57,758 bases of DNA from Gammaproteobacteria bacterium (GCA_038101125.1 JAYNVZ010000003.1:323-58080), one strand, 5' to 3'; shown: positions 39,461 to 50,699, counted from the first letter of the stretch. A program made the numbers and translations. The notes: a model not told the origin generated them from the letters alone.

Positions 39461-41623
39461 ATGGACAAAACAAGCACAATAAAGAATTCTCGAGAATTTA
39501 ACATATCGAGTAAGAAGTATTTAGATTTTAAAAAAAAAATTAGTAAATACTTGAACCCTTATCAAGTAAAAAAAATTGAAAAGTCTTTCAATCTAGCTTG
39601 CGATGCTCACAAAGGACAAGTTAGAAAGTCTGGAGAAGCATATATACACCACCCTCTATCGGCTGCATCTCTTCTTGCAGACTTTCAATTGGATCATGAG
39701 TCTATCATGGCGGCTATATTACATGATGTGATTGAAGATACTGAAATAGGAAAAGAAAATTTAAAAAAAAGTTTTGGTGTTAAAGTTGCTGAACTTGTTG
39801 ATGGGGTAAGTAAGCTTGATAAATTATCTTTCTCTACCAAGGAAGAAGCAGATGCAGCTAACCTCAGAAAAATGATATTGGCGATGAGTCAGGACATAAG
39901 GGTAATATTAATTAAACTTGCAGATAGGAAACATAACTTAGAGACGATAGATGCGTTAGATAGTCAAAAAAGAAAAAAAATTGGTAAAGAAACATTGGAG
40001 ATATTCGCTCCAATTGCCTTACGTTTAGGCATTCACTCATTGAATAAAGAATTAGAAGATCTAGCATTTGAAACTGTCTATCCATTCAGATATGCAACCC
40101 TGCGAAGCATGATTCAAAAATCCAGGGGCAATAGAAAAGAACTGATGGAAAAGATTAAAAATCTAATTGAAAAAAAATTACAAGATGAAGGTTTAAATAC
40201 AAGTGTTGTCGCAAGGGAAAAGCATGTATATGGTTTGTATAAAAAAATGAAGCTGAAAGAATTTAAATTTTCTCAAATTAATGATCTTTTTGGAGTTAGA
40301 GTGATTTCTAATACAGTAGATGACTGTTATAGATCTCTTGGTATAATTCATAACCTATATACTCCTGTCCCTGGTCGTTTCAAAGATTACATAGCAATTC
40401 CAAAGTCAAATGGATATCAATCATTGCATACCTCTATAATTGGTCCACATGGATTACCTATAGAGATTCAAATTAGGACAAAAGATATGAATATTCTTGC
40501 AGAGTCTGGTATTGCGTCACATTGGTTTTATAAATCTAAAAATATCCCATCACTAAAAAATTATACGAAGGAACAACAATGGATCACCAATTTATTAAGT
40601 ATACAAAAAGATTCAGGTAATCCTAAAGAATATTTGAAAAGTATAAAAGCTGATTTACATCCTGGTAAGGTTTATGTCTTTACTCCTAAGGGCAATATCT
40701 TAGATTTACCAAAAAGATCAACAATAATAGATTATGCATATGCAGTTCATACTGACCTAGGTAATAACTATGCGTCTTCTAAAGTTGATGATTTACCAGC
40801 ATCACCTAGCACTATTTTAAAAAATGGGCAAAGAGTTGAAATACTGGTTAATAAAAAATTTATACCTGACCCAGGCTGGTTAAATTTTGTTGTAACAGAA
40901 AAAGCCAGGCATTCTATAAGAGCCTATTTAAAGTCGATTAAGAAGAATGATGCAATAGCATTAGGCAAAAAACTATTAGATTACTCACTAAAAGACTTTG
41001 ATATACAACTAAATGATATACCCAAGAAAACCTTGAACATTGTGCTGCAAGAATATTCATGTGAGACAATTGATGACCTTTATGCTGAGATTGGCTTAGG
41101 GAATAGTATAGCAAAATTGGTGGCAATGAGAATTGCCCCTACCGATATGCCATTAAAAGAAAATAGTGCATCTAATACTGACATACAAATTAGAGGCACT
41201 GAAGGCTTAGTTGTATCATATGCTAAATGTTGTTATCCCATACCTGGCGACCCAATACTTGGCCATATCAGTCAAGAAAAAGGAGTTGTAGTGCATAGAC
41301 TAAAATGTAGGAGCTTAAATCATATGAAAAAATCTAGTGATGAGACTCTAGATTTGTCATGGGCTGATAATGTTGATGATACTTTTAGCGCATCAATTAA
41401 GGTTGAAGTTGAGAATGTTAGAGGTGTATTAGCAATGATTTCCGCACAGATTGCTCAAAATGACTCTAATATAGAAAGTGTAACTTATGACGATACAAAG
41501 ACTACAGGTCATAATATAATGGTATTTGTGATATCAATTAATGGAGTTAAAGAATTAAATAAACTAATTAAAAAACTTAAGAAAAATAGTAATATTTTAA
41601 ATGTAGAAAGGAAAAGAAGTTAA
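39461..41623 (+). CDS. spoT: bifunctional (p)ppGpp synthetase/hydrolase
   Basis: HD hydrolase motif HDVIEDT, RelA/SpoT synthetase region (GYQSLHT), TGS and C-terminal ACT-like regions; 720 aa. Confidence 0.92.
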   Translation: MDKTSTIKNSREFNISSKKYLDFKKKISKYLNPYQVKKIEKSFNLACDAHKGQVRKSGEAYIHHPLSAASLLADFQLDHESIMAAILHDVIEDTEIGKENLKKSFGVKVAELVDGVSKLDKLSFSTKEEADAANLRKMILAMSQDIRVILIKLADRKHNLETIDALDSQKRKKIGKETLEIFAPIALRLGIHSLNKELEDLAFETVYPFRYATLRSMIQKSRGNRKELMEKIKNLIEKKLQDEGLNTSVVAREKHVYGLYKKMKLKEFKFSQINDLFGVRVISNTVDDCYRSLGIIHNLYTPVPGRFKDYIAIPKSNGYQSLHTSIIGPHGLPIEIQIRTKDMNILAESGIASHWFYKSKNIPSLKNYTKEQQWITNLLSIQKDSGNPKEYLKSIKADLHPGKVYVFTPKGNILDLPKRSTIIDYAYAVHTDLGNNYASSKVDDLPASPSTILKNGQRVEILVNKKFIPDPGWLNFVVTEKARHSIRAYLKSIKKNDAIALGKKLLDYSLKDFDIQLNDIPKKTLNIVLQEYSCETIDDLYAEIGLGNSIAKLVAMRIAPTDMPLKENSASNTDIQIRGTEGLVVSYAKCCYPIPGDPILGHISQEKGVVVHRLKCRSLNHMKKSSDETLDLSWADNVDDTFSASIKVEVENVRGVLAMISAQIAQNDSNIESVTYDDTKTTGHNIMVFVISINGVKELNKLIKKLKKNSNILNVERKRS

Positions 41624-41624
41624 A

Positions 41625-42365
41625 ATGGATAATAAAGTAAATTTTGGATCAAAAAAGGTTGATATAAAAGAAAAGCCTAAATTAGTGTCTGGTATATTTA
41701 GTTCGGTTTCAAATAAGTACGATTTAATGAATGATGCTATGTCTCTAGGCTTACACAGAATCTGGAAAGAAAAAATGTATATGGTTTCAAAAGCACAAGA
41801 TAATGAAGAGATTCTTGATATTGCAACAGGCACCGGAGATATTGCCCTAAAATTTTTAAAAAAAAGAGATAATATAAAATTAACCTGTTTAGATGAAAAT
41901 AGTGAAATGCTTCAATTATGTAAAGATAGGTTAATAGATAATGGCTTCATTAAAAACATAAAATTTAATAACAGCTCTATAGAAGAAGCTGAGCTTAATA
42001 AAGATAATTATTCACTAGCGACGATAGCTTTTGGATTCAGGAATTTTACAGATCATAAGAGTGCATTAAAAAATATACATGAATCAATTACTCCGGGTGG
42101 ACGTTTAGTGATTATGGAATTTACTACTCCTACAAACAATATATTAAAAAATATTTTTGAAAAGTATACTCATTTAGTAATACCAAAAATAGGCAAGCTT
42201 GTAGCTAATGATTATGAAAGTTATAAATATTTAGCTGAATCTATAACATCATTTTTTAGTCCATCGGAAGTAAGTGATATGTTAGAGAATGCTGGATTTG
42301 AAAGTGTCCGATATGAATACCTTCCTGGTAATATGGTTACGATACATGTAGGTTATAAATGTTGA
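41625..42365 (+). CDS. ubiE: demethylmenaquinone/ubiquinone C-methyltransferase
   Basis: VSGIFSSVSNKYDLMND, SAM motif LDIATGTGD, FGFRNF. Confidence 0.93.
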   Translation: MDNKVNFGSKKVDIKEKPKLVSGIFSSVSNKYDLMNDAMSLGLHRIWKEKMYMVSKAQDNEEILDIATGTGDIALKFLKKRDNIKLTCLDENSEMLQLCKDRLIDNGFIKNIKFNNSSIEEAELNKDNYSLATIAFGFRNFTDHKSALKNIHESITPGGRLVIMEFTTPTNNILKNIFEKYTHLVIPKIGKLVANDYESYKYLAESITSFFSPSEVSDMLENAGFESVRYEYLPGNMVTIHVGYKC

Positions 42366-42949
42366 AGAATAAATCGCCAGCAATTAAATATATTAATAAA
42401 GTATTGCAGAGTGATATGTTTAATAAATCTATACCTGATAATTTCTTATCAGAGATAAATAATAAAAAAATTAAAATTAATTTGAAAGATATTAACTATT
42501 CCATAATATTACATATATCTGATAACACTATAATCGTATTAGATGAAGAAGGGGATTTTGATGTAGAGTTAATTACAACGCCAGCAACCTTAGCCTTATT
42601 TATTTTATCAAAAGGCTCTGATAAATTTTCCAGCAAAATCATAATAAATGGTGACATTGATACAGCAAATAAATTTAATAACTTTTTGAGCAGTTCAGAG
42701 AAGATAAAAGAAATATTAATACACCTAATAGGCAAAGAAAAAACAAAAGATATTGAAAAGGGATTTAAAAGCATTACTGTATTTTTTAATGATATCTTCT
42801 CCTCATCAACCTCTGATTTAGTTGACTTTTTAACTGATGATTTAACAGTTTTACCATCAAAGTCCGATGTAAATCAGTTTTTGGATGAAGTAGACAGCCT
42901 CAAAAGTAGAACAGATAAACTATATCAAAAATACAAAGATGTTAAATAA
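42359..42949 (+). CDS. ubiJ: ubiquinone biosynthesis accessory factor UbiJ (SCP2 domain)
   Basis: 196 aa between ubiE and ubiB, the conserved ubiE-ubiJ-ubiB order; overlaps both neighbours. Confidence 0.7.
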   Translation: MLKNKSPAIKYINKVLQSDMFNKSIPDNFLSEINNKKIKINLKDINYSIILHISDNTIIVLDEEGDFDVELITTPATLALFILSKGSDKFSSKIIINGDIDTANKFNNFLSSSEKIKEILIHLIGKEKTKDIEKGFKSITVFFNDIFSSSTSDLVDFLTDDLTVLPSKSDVNQFLDEVDSLKSRTDKLYQKYKDVK

Positions 42950-44582
42950 TATTCTTAGAATCTTACAAATCGCACGTCTTTTCATCAAGTATGATGTAGA
43001 TAAAATGTTGGTTAACTGTGGAAGCGGAAGATGCAAGTTTTATTTTTATATGCTTCCATGGAACTGGTTCAGAACAAGACGTATTGAAAATATACCTCTT
43101 AAAATTAGAATGATGTTTGAGGAGCTTGGTCCGATATTTGTGAAATTAGGCCAAGTAATATCAACAAGGAAGGATTTACTATCGGATGATATTGCATTAG
43201 AGCTATCTAAGTTACAGGATAATGTTAAACCATTTCCAAAAGACATATCTATGCAGATTATTGAAAATGAACTTGGAGATAAAATATCTAATATATTTAA
43301 TAATTTTACTGCTGAACCTTTGGCATCAGCTTCAATAGCTCAAGTTCATTCTGCTCAATTAAAAAATGGGAAGGATGTGATTGTAAAAGTAGTTAGACCA
43401 GGAATTCATAAAGCTATTGAGAAGGACTTATTATTGATGAAAAGGATTGCTGAATTTTTAACATCTTTGTCTGATGATTTTAAAAGAATGCATCTGATAG
43501 AAGTTGTTAATGATTATGAACTTCTTATCTATGATGAAACTGATTTAATAAAAGAATCAACAAATGCGAAAAAAATTAGAGATAATTTTAAGAATTCTAA
43601 ACTAATTTATATACCGGAAATATATTGGAATTATGTAACTAGAAATATTTTAGTTATGGAGAGGACTTATGCAACACCTATAAACGATAGAGAAGAGCTA
43701 ATTAGAAAAGGTATTGATTTTCAAAAACTGGCAACTAATGCAGTAGAAAGTTTTTTCATACAAGTATTTGAACATAATTTCTTTCATGCAGATATGCATC
43801 CAGGAAATATATTCGTTGATAAAATTGGAAATGATGTTAAGTTTGTTTTAGTTGACTTTGGAATTATGGGATCACTGAGTACATTTGATAAAAGGTATTT
43901 AGCTGAAAACTTTGTTGCTTTTTTTAATCGTGACTATGCAAAAGTTGCAAGATTGCATGTTGAGTGTGAATGGGTTCCAAAAGATACAAATATTTCTTTG
44001 TTAGAAAAAGCTATAAGAGATAACTGTGAATCTATGCTAGATAAATCCATAAAAGATGTCTCTTTGAGCGATATAATACTTGGATTATTTGATACAGCCA
44101 GGAAATTTAAGCTAGAAGTCCAGCCTCAATTAATCCTAATGCAAAAAGCTCTGTTGTATACCGAAGGATTAGGTAGAGAGTTTTATCCTGAGTTAGACTT
44201 ATGGAAAACATCTAAACCAATTCTTGAAAAATGGATGAATAAACAAAAAGGCTTTTCTGCAGCTTTGAAGAATTTAAAAAATAATTATTCTGATATAGTT
44301 GATTTGTTGCCTGAATTACCAGGCGCTATGCGCAAAGTCATTAACTTGTTGAATAATGATCAGCTTAACTTAGATAGAAATTTAAAAAAACTAGAGCATA
44401 TTGAAAATTCAATATTTAAGAGTACAAGAAGAAATTATTGGATGTCTGCAATTTTAATATTTACATTGTTTGCTATCACTCTAACTTATCTCACAATTAA
44501 TAATATTCTTTATCAGCCAATTTATTTATATATCTCATTCTTTTCTATATTGATCATTATAATGAGGCCTAGAAAAAAATAA
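42939..44582 (+). CDS. ubiB: ubiquinone biosynthesis protein kinase-like UbiB
   Basis: ASASIAQVH, KVVRPG, HADMHPGNIF, C-terminal TM helices. Confidence 0.92.
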   Translation: MLNNILRILQIARLFIKYDVDKMLVNCGSGRCKFYFYMLPWNWFRTRRIENIPLKIRMMFEELGPIFVKLGQVISTRKDLLSDDIALELSKLQDNVKPFPKDISMQIIENELGDKISNIFNNFTAEPLASASIAQVHSAQLKNGKDVIVKVVRPGIHKAIEKDLLLMKRIAEFLTSLSDDFKRMHLIEVVNDYELLIYDETDLIKESTNAKKIRDNFKNSKLIYIPEIYWNYVTRNILVMERTYATPINDREELIRKGIDFQKLATNAVESFFIQVFEHNFFHADMHPGNIFVDKIGNDVKFVLVDFGIMGSLSTFDKRYLAENFVAFFNRDYAKVARLHVECEWVPKDTNISLLEKAIRDNCESMLDKSIKDVSLSDIILGLFDTARKFKLEVQPQLILMQKALLYTEGLGREFYPELDLWKTSKPILEKWMNKQKGFSAALKNLKNNYSDIVDLLPELPGAMRKVINLLNNDQLNLDRNLKKLEHIENSIFKSTRRNYWMSAILIFTLFAITLTYLTINNILYQPIYLYISFFSILIIIMRPRKK

Positions 44583-46783
44583 TGGTTGATACTGACATAT
44601 ACAGCGATCTTAATGATCAACAAATTGCAGCAGTCCAGTGTTCTTTAGGTAACAAACTAATATTGGCTGGTGCCGGCAGTGGGAAAACTAGAGTTTTAAC
44701 TTGCAGAGTTGCTGAGTTAATAAATAAGTACAATATTAGACCAAGCAATATACTTGCTTTGACATTTACAAATAAAGCATCAAACGAAATGAAACAGAGG
44801 CTGGAGAAATTACTAAGGATTTCATCTCAGGGACTATGGTTTGGAACTTTTCATGGTATATGCAGGAGATTATTAAAGATACATTGGAAGGAAGCTGGTA
44901 TTAATGAGCACTTCACAATATTGGACTCTCAGGACCAATTAAGAATAATCAAAAGAATTATAAAAGCTAAAAACTTAGATGAGAATTTATATGATCCTAA
45001 GGCATTGCAATCTTTCATAAATACCCAAAAAGATAAAGGCAAGAGGTTTAATAACATAAATAATGATGACGATAAATATAGGGATATTTATAAAGAATAT
45101 GATGAAGCATGTAGACAAACAAATTCTGTAGACTTTGCGGATCTAATATTATTAACCTATGAAATGTTAAAGAGAAATATAAAAATTCTTGAATACTACA
45201 ATAAAAGGTTTAAAAATATTATGGTTGATGAGTTTCAAGATACAAATACCCTTCAGTTTAACCTATTAAAACTATTAAATGGTACAGATGGTTCTTTATA
45301 TGCTGTTGGAGATGATGACCAGTCTATTTATGGCTGGAGAGGAGCTAGAAGTAAAAACATAAAATTTTTCGAAGATGAGTTCAATAATGTTGAAATATTC
45401 AAGTTAGAACAGAATTATAGATCTACTAATGAGATATTATCTGTAGCAAATAACTTGATATCTTATAATAAAGAGAGACTTGGTAAAAATCTTTGGACTA
45501 ACTCAGCCAAAGGTAATCCAGTATATCTCTATGAGGCTTATAATGGTGATGACGAATCTAATTTCATTGTTGAAAAAATTCAAGAGCATATATCTAGTGG
45601 TGGGAAAAGATCAGATATAGCCTTACTGTATCGATCGAACTTTCTCTCTCGTAGATTAGAGGAGGAATTAAATTCTCGAAGTATTCCATATAGAATATTT
45701 GGAGGCTTCAGGTTCTTTGAAAGAGCAGAAGTCAAAGATGTTATTGCATATCTTAGGATTACAGTTAATACTTCTGATGATTCAGCTTTTGAAAGAACAG
45801 TTAATAACCCTCCTCGAGGGTTAGGTGAAAAAACTATACAAGTCATCAGAAATTATGCCAAAGAAAATGAATTATCAATGTGGGACACAATAAATCAAAT
45901 CAATAAAACTAATATTACTAGTACGAGAGCACTTAATGCGCTTAATAGTTATATCAGTATAATTAATGAGTTGATCATCAATGTCAAAGACTTAGATTTG
46001 AAAAATCTTATTGAGAAGGCTATAAGTCTCTCTAACTTAACAAAGTATTATGAGTCAAAAAAAAATGAAGAATCGCTATCTAAACAAGAAAACTTAGAAG
46101 AATTATTATCTACTGCAGAAAGATTCTATCAAAATAATATTGATAGTGAGGATGTGCTATCGGAATTTTTGGATAATGCTGCTCTAGAAGCTGGCGATTT
46201 TCAATCAAAAACACATGAAGACCCAGTTCAGCTAATGACGATTCATTCTGCTAAAGGTTTGGAATTTCCAATTGTTTTTTTGACTGGTATGGATGAGGGT
46301 ATATTTCCTAATGAAAATAGAAACCTTAATAAAGACTTCCTCGAAGAAGAACGCAGGCTTTGTTATGTTGCAATCACCAGAGCAATGCAAACTCTTTATA
46401 TAACTCATGCAAATATGAGATATATGCATGGCAATAATAATTTTTTAATACCTTCAAGATTTATAGGTGAAATAGATGATGACCTTCTAGAGCCCATTAA
46501 ATCAATTAACACAAGACCTTTTAAGTCTAACAAAAAGTATAAGATTGGCGATCAAAAGTTTGATGATGAATATTCTCAAGAGATACATACTGAACATTTC
46601 TCTCAAGAGGACAATTCAGTCTATATAAAAATAGGCCAGCGAGTACGACATCTTAAATTTGGGAATGGTGTAATACTTAGTTATACTGGTAAGGGAGATA
46701 GCTTGAAGATTCATATAAATTTTGAAAGCTATGGTAAAAAGTGGCTAGTTATGTCTTATGCCCAGCTTGATTTTAATATGTAG
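44582..46783 (+). CDS. uvrD: DNA helicase II (UvrD/Rep family)
   Basis: Walker A LAGAGSGKT, VDEFQDTN, QNYRST, TIHSAKGLEF, VAITRA; 733 aa. Confidence 0.88.
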   Translation: MVDTDIYSDLNDQQIAAVQCSLGNKLILAGAGSGKTRVLTCRVAELINKYNIRPSNILALTFTNKASNEMKQRLEKLLRISSQGLWFGTFHGICRRLLKIHWKEAGINEHFTILDSQDQLRIIKRIIKAKNLDENLYDPKALQSFINTQKDKGKRFNNINNDDDKYRDIYKEYDEACRQTNSVDFADLILLTYEMLKRNIKILEYYNKRFKNIMVDEFQDTNTLQFNLLKLLNGTDGSLYAVGDDDQSIYGWRGARSKNIKFFEDEFNNVEIFKLEQNYRSTNEILSVANNLISYNKERLGKNLWTNSAKGNPVYLYEAYNGDDESNFIVEKIQEHISSGGKRSDIALLYRSNFLSRRLEEELNSRSIPYRIFGGFRFFERAEVKDVIAYLRITVNTSDDSAFERTVNNPPRGLGEKTIQVIRNYAKENELSMWDTINQINKTNITSTRALNALNSYISIINELIINVKDLDLKNLIEKAISLSNLTKYYESKKNEESLSKQENLEELLSTAERFYQNNIDSEDVLSEFLDNAALEAGDFQSKTHEDPVQLMTIHSAKGLEFPIVFLTGMDEGIFPNENRNLNKDFLEEERRLCYVAITRAMQTLYITHANMRYMHGNNNFLIPSRFIGEIDDDLLEPIKSINTRPFKSNKKYKIGDQKFDDEYSQEIHTEHFSQEDNSVYIKIGQRVRHLKFGNGVILSYTGKGDSLKIHINFESYGKKWLVMSYAQLDFNM

Positions 46784-46794
46784 AGTTTTTTGAT

Positions 46795-47868
46795 ATGAAA
46801 AGAAGAAAGTTCCTAAAATCGATTGGCGGTTCATTAACTGTAAGTTCTTTGCTAATATCGTCAGCCAATAGTGCAACTGAAAAAAATCAATACAAATGGA
46901 AGATGGTAACTTCATGGCCTAAAAATTTTCCTGGTTTAGGCGTAGGGGCAGAAAATTTAGCAAATCTGATTAATAAATTATCAAATAATCGTATTAAAGT
47001 GAAAGTTTTTGGGGCTAATGAGTTAATACCACCTTTAGAGGTTTTTGATTTTGTCTCAAATGGTGGTGCAGAACTCGGTCATTCAGGAGCATATTACTGG
47101 AAGGGTAAAAGCGCGGCTTGTCAATTTTTCTCTTCAGTTCCTTTTGGTATGAATTCTCAAGAAATGAATGCATGGCTATATTATGGTGGTGGCATTGAGC
47201 TATGGGAAAAACTATACAACGGATTTAATCTCATACCAAGGCCTGCTGGTAATACAGGCGTTCAAATGGGTGGTTGGTTTAATAAACAAATCAATTCTGT
47301 AAATGATCTAAAGGGATTAAAAATGAGGATACCTGGTCTAGGTGGTGAAGTTTTATCGAGAGCAGGAGGTGTTCCAGTTACTCTAGCAGGGTCTGAAATT
47401 TTCACTGCACTACAAACTGGAGTTATAGATGCAACAGAATGGGTAGGGCCTTATAATGATAGAGCTTTTGGATTACATAAAGCTGCTAAATATTATTATT
47501 ACCCTGGCTGGCATGAACCTGGCCCTACAATTGAATGTATTATTAATAAAAAAGCATACAATTCATTACCGAGGGATTTACAACTTATCGTTGATGTCGC
47601 TTGTAAAGCAGCAAATATTGATATGCTAAGTGACTATACAGCTAAAAATAATTTAGCATTACAATTTTTAAAATCAAAGAAAATCGAAATACTAAAGTTT
47701 CCTGATGAGGTTCTATTGAAATTAAAAAATCTTTCAAAAGAAATATTAGCAGAAATCAGTAAATCTGATGCTATAACACAAGAGGTTTACAATTCTTATA
47801 CTAAGTTTAGCAGTGCTGTAAGTCCATGGACAAAAATCTCGGATAAAGCATATCTAGATATCAGATAA
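46795..47868 (+). CDS. TRAP transporter substrate-binding protein (DctP-type) with twin-Arg-like signal
   Basis: MKRRKFLKSIGGS...ANSA signal; YYWKGK, GGWFNK, EWVGPYND motifs of the COG4663-type receptor. Confidence 0.85.
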   Translation: MKRRKFLKSIGGSLTVSSLLISSANSATEKNQYKWKMVTSWPKNFPGLGVGAENLANLINKLSNNRIKVKVFGANELIPPLEVFDFVSNGGAELGHSGAYYWKGKSAACQFFSSVPFGMNSQEMNAWLYYGGGIELWEKLYNGFNLIPRPAGNTGVQMGGWFNKQINSVNDLKGLKMRIPGLGGEVLSRAGGVPVTLAGSEIFTALQTGVIDATEWVGPYNDRAFGLHKAAKYYYYPGWHEPGPTIECIINKKAYNSLPRDLQLIVDVACKAANIDMLSDYTAKNNLALQFLKSKKIEILKFPDEVLLKLKNLSKEILAEISKSDAITQEVYNSYTKFSSAVSPWTKISDKAYLDIR

Positions 47869-49219
47869 GCCTAGGAAGTATGGTAGCTATCTCAGGTATC
47901 AAGAATACTATAACTATTGCAATAATTTGAATTATTATAAAAGGCATTACACCTTTATATATATCTTGAGTAGAAATTTCTTTAGGAGCAACACCTCTAA
48001 GATAAAAGAGCGAGAAACCAAATGGAGGTGTTAAGAAAGATGTTTGCAATACCATTGCTATCATAATTGCTATCCAAACTGGATCAAATCCATAGGTGAA
48101 TAGTACTGGTCCAAAAAGAGGTATTATTATGAATATAATTTCTATGAAATCTAGGATAAAACCCAAAAGAAACATTATTGCTAAAGTAATTATCAAAGAT
48201 AGATATTTATTCTCTGGTCCATAAGATAACAAATTATGTATCAACTCCTCTCCCTCTAATCCTCTAAATACTAGTGAGAAAAATGTTGCGCCAATTAAAA
48301 TTAGAAATACCATGCTCGTTAACTTAATTGTCTCTAGTGAAGTAATCTTAATGATTGATAATTTAAGTTTATTTTTTAATAAGGATAATAATATGGCTCC
48401 AACTGCACCTAACGAAGCTGCTTCTGATGGTGTTGCAATACCGAAGATTATTGAGCCTAACACAATAATAATTAAAAAAATTGGAGCTATAAGAGATCTA
48501 ACTATGTCTACATCGGATATAGGAATATCTTTTTTGTGCAGGATAGTTACTGAATTTATTTTTAATGATTTAATATAAAATATGTAAATCATAGGTAGTA
48601 ATAATCCTGGTAATAAAGCACCAGCAAATAAATCTGATATTGTTACAGTTTCAGGTGAAAAGATTCCCATATTCAACTGAGCTTGTTGATAAGCAGAAGA
48701 AATAACATCCGCAAGCAATATTAGTACTAATGAAGGTGGTATTATTTGACCTAGAGTTCCAGACGCACATATCACACCACAGGATAGACTTTTTGGATAA
48801 TTATTCTTTAACATTACTGGCAAAGATAATAAACCCAGAGTTACTACGCTGGCTCCCACAATTCCAGTACTTGCTCCCATCAACACCCCAACCAACACAA
48901 CTGAAATAGCTAGCCCACCATTGGTATTACTATATAACTTATTCATAGATTCTAATAATTCTTCAGCTATTTTTGATTTTTCAAGAATCAGTCCCATAAA
49001 AATAAAAAGTGGTACAGCTAGAAGATTCTGGTTAGACATAATTCCAAATATTCTGTTTGGAATTGCCTGCAGAAACGCAGTATCAAAAAACCCTATCTGA
49101 GATCCAAGAAGTGCAAACAAAAGTGCATTACCGGATAAAACAAAACCTGCAGGTATTCCTGATAATAAGAAAACAAAAGTAAACAAAATAAATATTAGCG
49201 CAAAGATTTCAATACTCAC
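47861..49219 (-). CDS. TRAP transporter large permease (DctM)
   Basis: 452 aa, polytopic; 3' end overlaps the binding-protein 3' end by 8 nt. Confidence 0.88.
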   Translation of the reverse strand: MSIEIFALIFILFTFVFLLSGIPAGFVLSGNALLFALLGSQIGFFDTAFLQAIPNRIFGIMSNQNLLAVPLFIFMGLILEKSKIAEELLESMNKLYSNTNGGLAISVVLVGVLMGASTGIVGASVVTLGLLSLPVMLKNNYPKSLSCGVICASGTLGQIIPPSLVLILLADVISSAYQQAQLNMGIFSPETVTISDLFAGALLPGLLLPMIYIFYIKSLKINSVTILHKKDIPISDVDIVRSLIAPIFLIIIVLGSIIFGIATPSEAASLGAVGAILLSLLKNKLKLSIIKITSLETIKLTSMVFLILIGATFFSLVFRGLEGEELIHNLLSYGPENKYLSLIITLAIMFLLGFILDFIEIIFIIIPLFGPVLFTYGFDPVWIAIMIAMVLQTSFLTPPFGFSLFYLRGVAPKEISTQDIYKGVMPFIIIQIIAIVIVFLIPEIATILPRLI

Positions 49220-49710
49220 GATCTTGAAACTCTAATATGTTTAATCAATTCAGATATACCTTGTAGAAAAATTAAAATCCCGGATATAGGTATTAATGAC
49301 TTTAAAATAAAAACAAGATTTAGACCTCCCGCCTCGCTTGAACCCTCGAGTATCACCCATGATTGTGTGACCATATCAATACTTATATATATGATAAATA
49401 AAGCTGTGGGAAGTATAAAAAAAACTAGTCCTGCTATTGATATGACTCTTTGGATTCTCTTATTAAGAGTATTATAGAGAACATCAATTTTAACATGAGA
49501 GTTTTCTTTCAACGCATAACTTATTCCAAACATAAAAATAAGAGCATGCAGATACATTATGATTTCCTGGATAATAATATAACTCATATTAAAAACATAT
49601 CTAAAAAAGACCGTAGAAAAAACCAGAAGTATTAGTGCGATTAATATATATAATAATCCGTCAGTAATATTATCAGTAAGTTTGTCAATTAGTATCTGAA
49701 ACTGTTTCAT
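49216..49710 (-). CDS. TRAP transporter small permease (DctQ)
   Basis: 164 aa, 4 TM; ATGA-type overlap with DctM, and 5' end overlaps the thrB 3' end by 26 nt. Confidence 0.8.
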   Translation of the reverse strand: MKQFQILIDKLTDNITDGLLYILIALILLVFSTVFFRYVFNMSYIIIQEIIMYLHALIFMFGISYALKENSHVKIDVLYNTLNKRIQRVISIAGLVFFILPTALFIIYISIDMVTQSWVILEGSSEAGGLNLVFILKSLIPISGILIFLQGISELIKHIRVSRS

Positions 49711-50635
49711 ATTTATTATTTAAACGATCTATTAATATGTTTTCAAATACACCAGGGTCTTTAATATGGGTTATTTCTCCTATCTTAGGATAATGTAGGT
49801 CTAATAGTCTAGACAAATAAAATCTTAATGCTCCAGCAACTAATGCATGTTGCCAGTATTTAAACTCATTGACATTTATGTTCCTTTGCCCAGAATAAGA
49901 AATCATCATATTTTTGTATTTATCAATTATAAGTTTCCCGCTAAGATCAGAGCACCAATCATTAACAACAACTGCGAGGTCATAAATTAAATAACCTTTA
50001 CATGAATAATAAAAATCTATCATCCCTGATACTTTATCATTATGAAACAGAACATTATCCCTAAATAAATCAGCATGTATTGTGCCAATAGGGAGATCCT
50101 GTGAAATCAGATCTTTTTGCATCTCTATTGCCCTAGAGATTATTTTACTTTGGTTTACAGTGATGACACTAGATAATTTTTTGAATGATTGAGTACACCA
50201 TTCTATGTCTCTTGTATTTTTTAGATCAATATTAAAATCTGAGCCACAATTATGAAATTTAGCAAGCAAACTGCCGATCATCGAGCATTGCGTGTTATCT
50301 GTGGATATTATTGATTTTCCGGATAATTTTTCAATTATTGCTGATGGTTTATTTTTTATTTCAATAAACAACTCACCTTTTTTCGACTTCATAACATTTG
50401 GGCATAAAAGACCTCTCTCGCTTAGGTGATTCATGAACATGAGATAATTCATAATATTACTACCATCTATGTTCTCAAAAATTGTAAATATATATTCCTT
50501 TAGATCTGTTTTTAATAAATAATTAGTATTTTCAATACCATCAGATATACCAGTAAGACTGATTGGAGACCCTATTGAATATTGATTCAAGTGATTCTTT
50601 AACTCTTCTTCGTTAATTTTTGTATATACAGACAT
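49685..50635 (-). CDS. thrB: homoserine kinase, kinase-fold (Pseudomonas-type ThrB)
   Basis: MSVYTKI..., GISDGIENTNYLL, IHADLFRDNVLF (APH/choline-kinase-like catalytic loop); divergent from polA, as in pseudomonads. Confidence 0.85.
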   Translation of the reverse strand: MSVYTKINEEELKNHLNQYSIGSPISLTGISDGIENTNYLLKTDLKEYIFTIFENIDGSNIMNYLMFMNHLSERGLLCPNVMKSKKGELFIEIKNKPSAIIEKLSGKSIISTDNTQCSMIGSLLAKFHNCGSDFNIDLKNTRDIEWCTQSFKKLSSVITVNQSKIISRAIEMQKDLISQDLPIGTIHADLFRDNVLFHNDKVSGMIDFYYSCKGYLIYDLAVVVNDWCSDLSGKLIIDKYKNMMISYSGQRNINVNEFKYWQHALVAGALRFYLSRLLDLHYPKIGEITHIKDPGVFENILIDRLNNKYETVSDTN

Positions 50636-50699
50636 AGCTATTTTATTTATTTTAAGTTATAACTTTTGAATGAATAAACTTAACATAGGTTAGATCATT

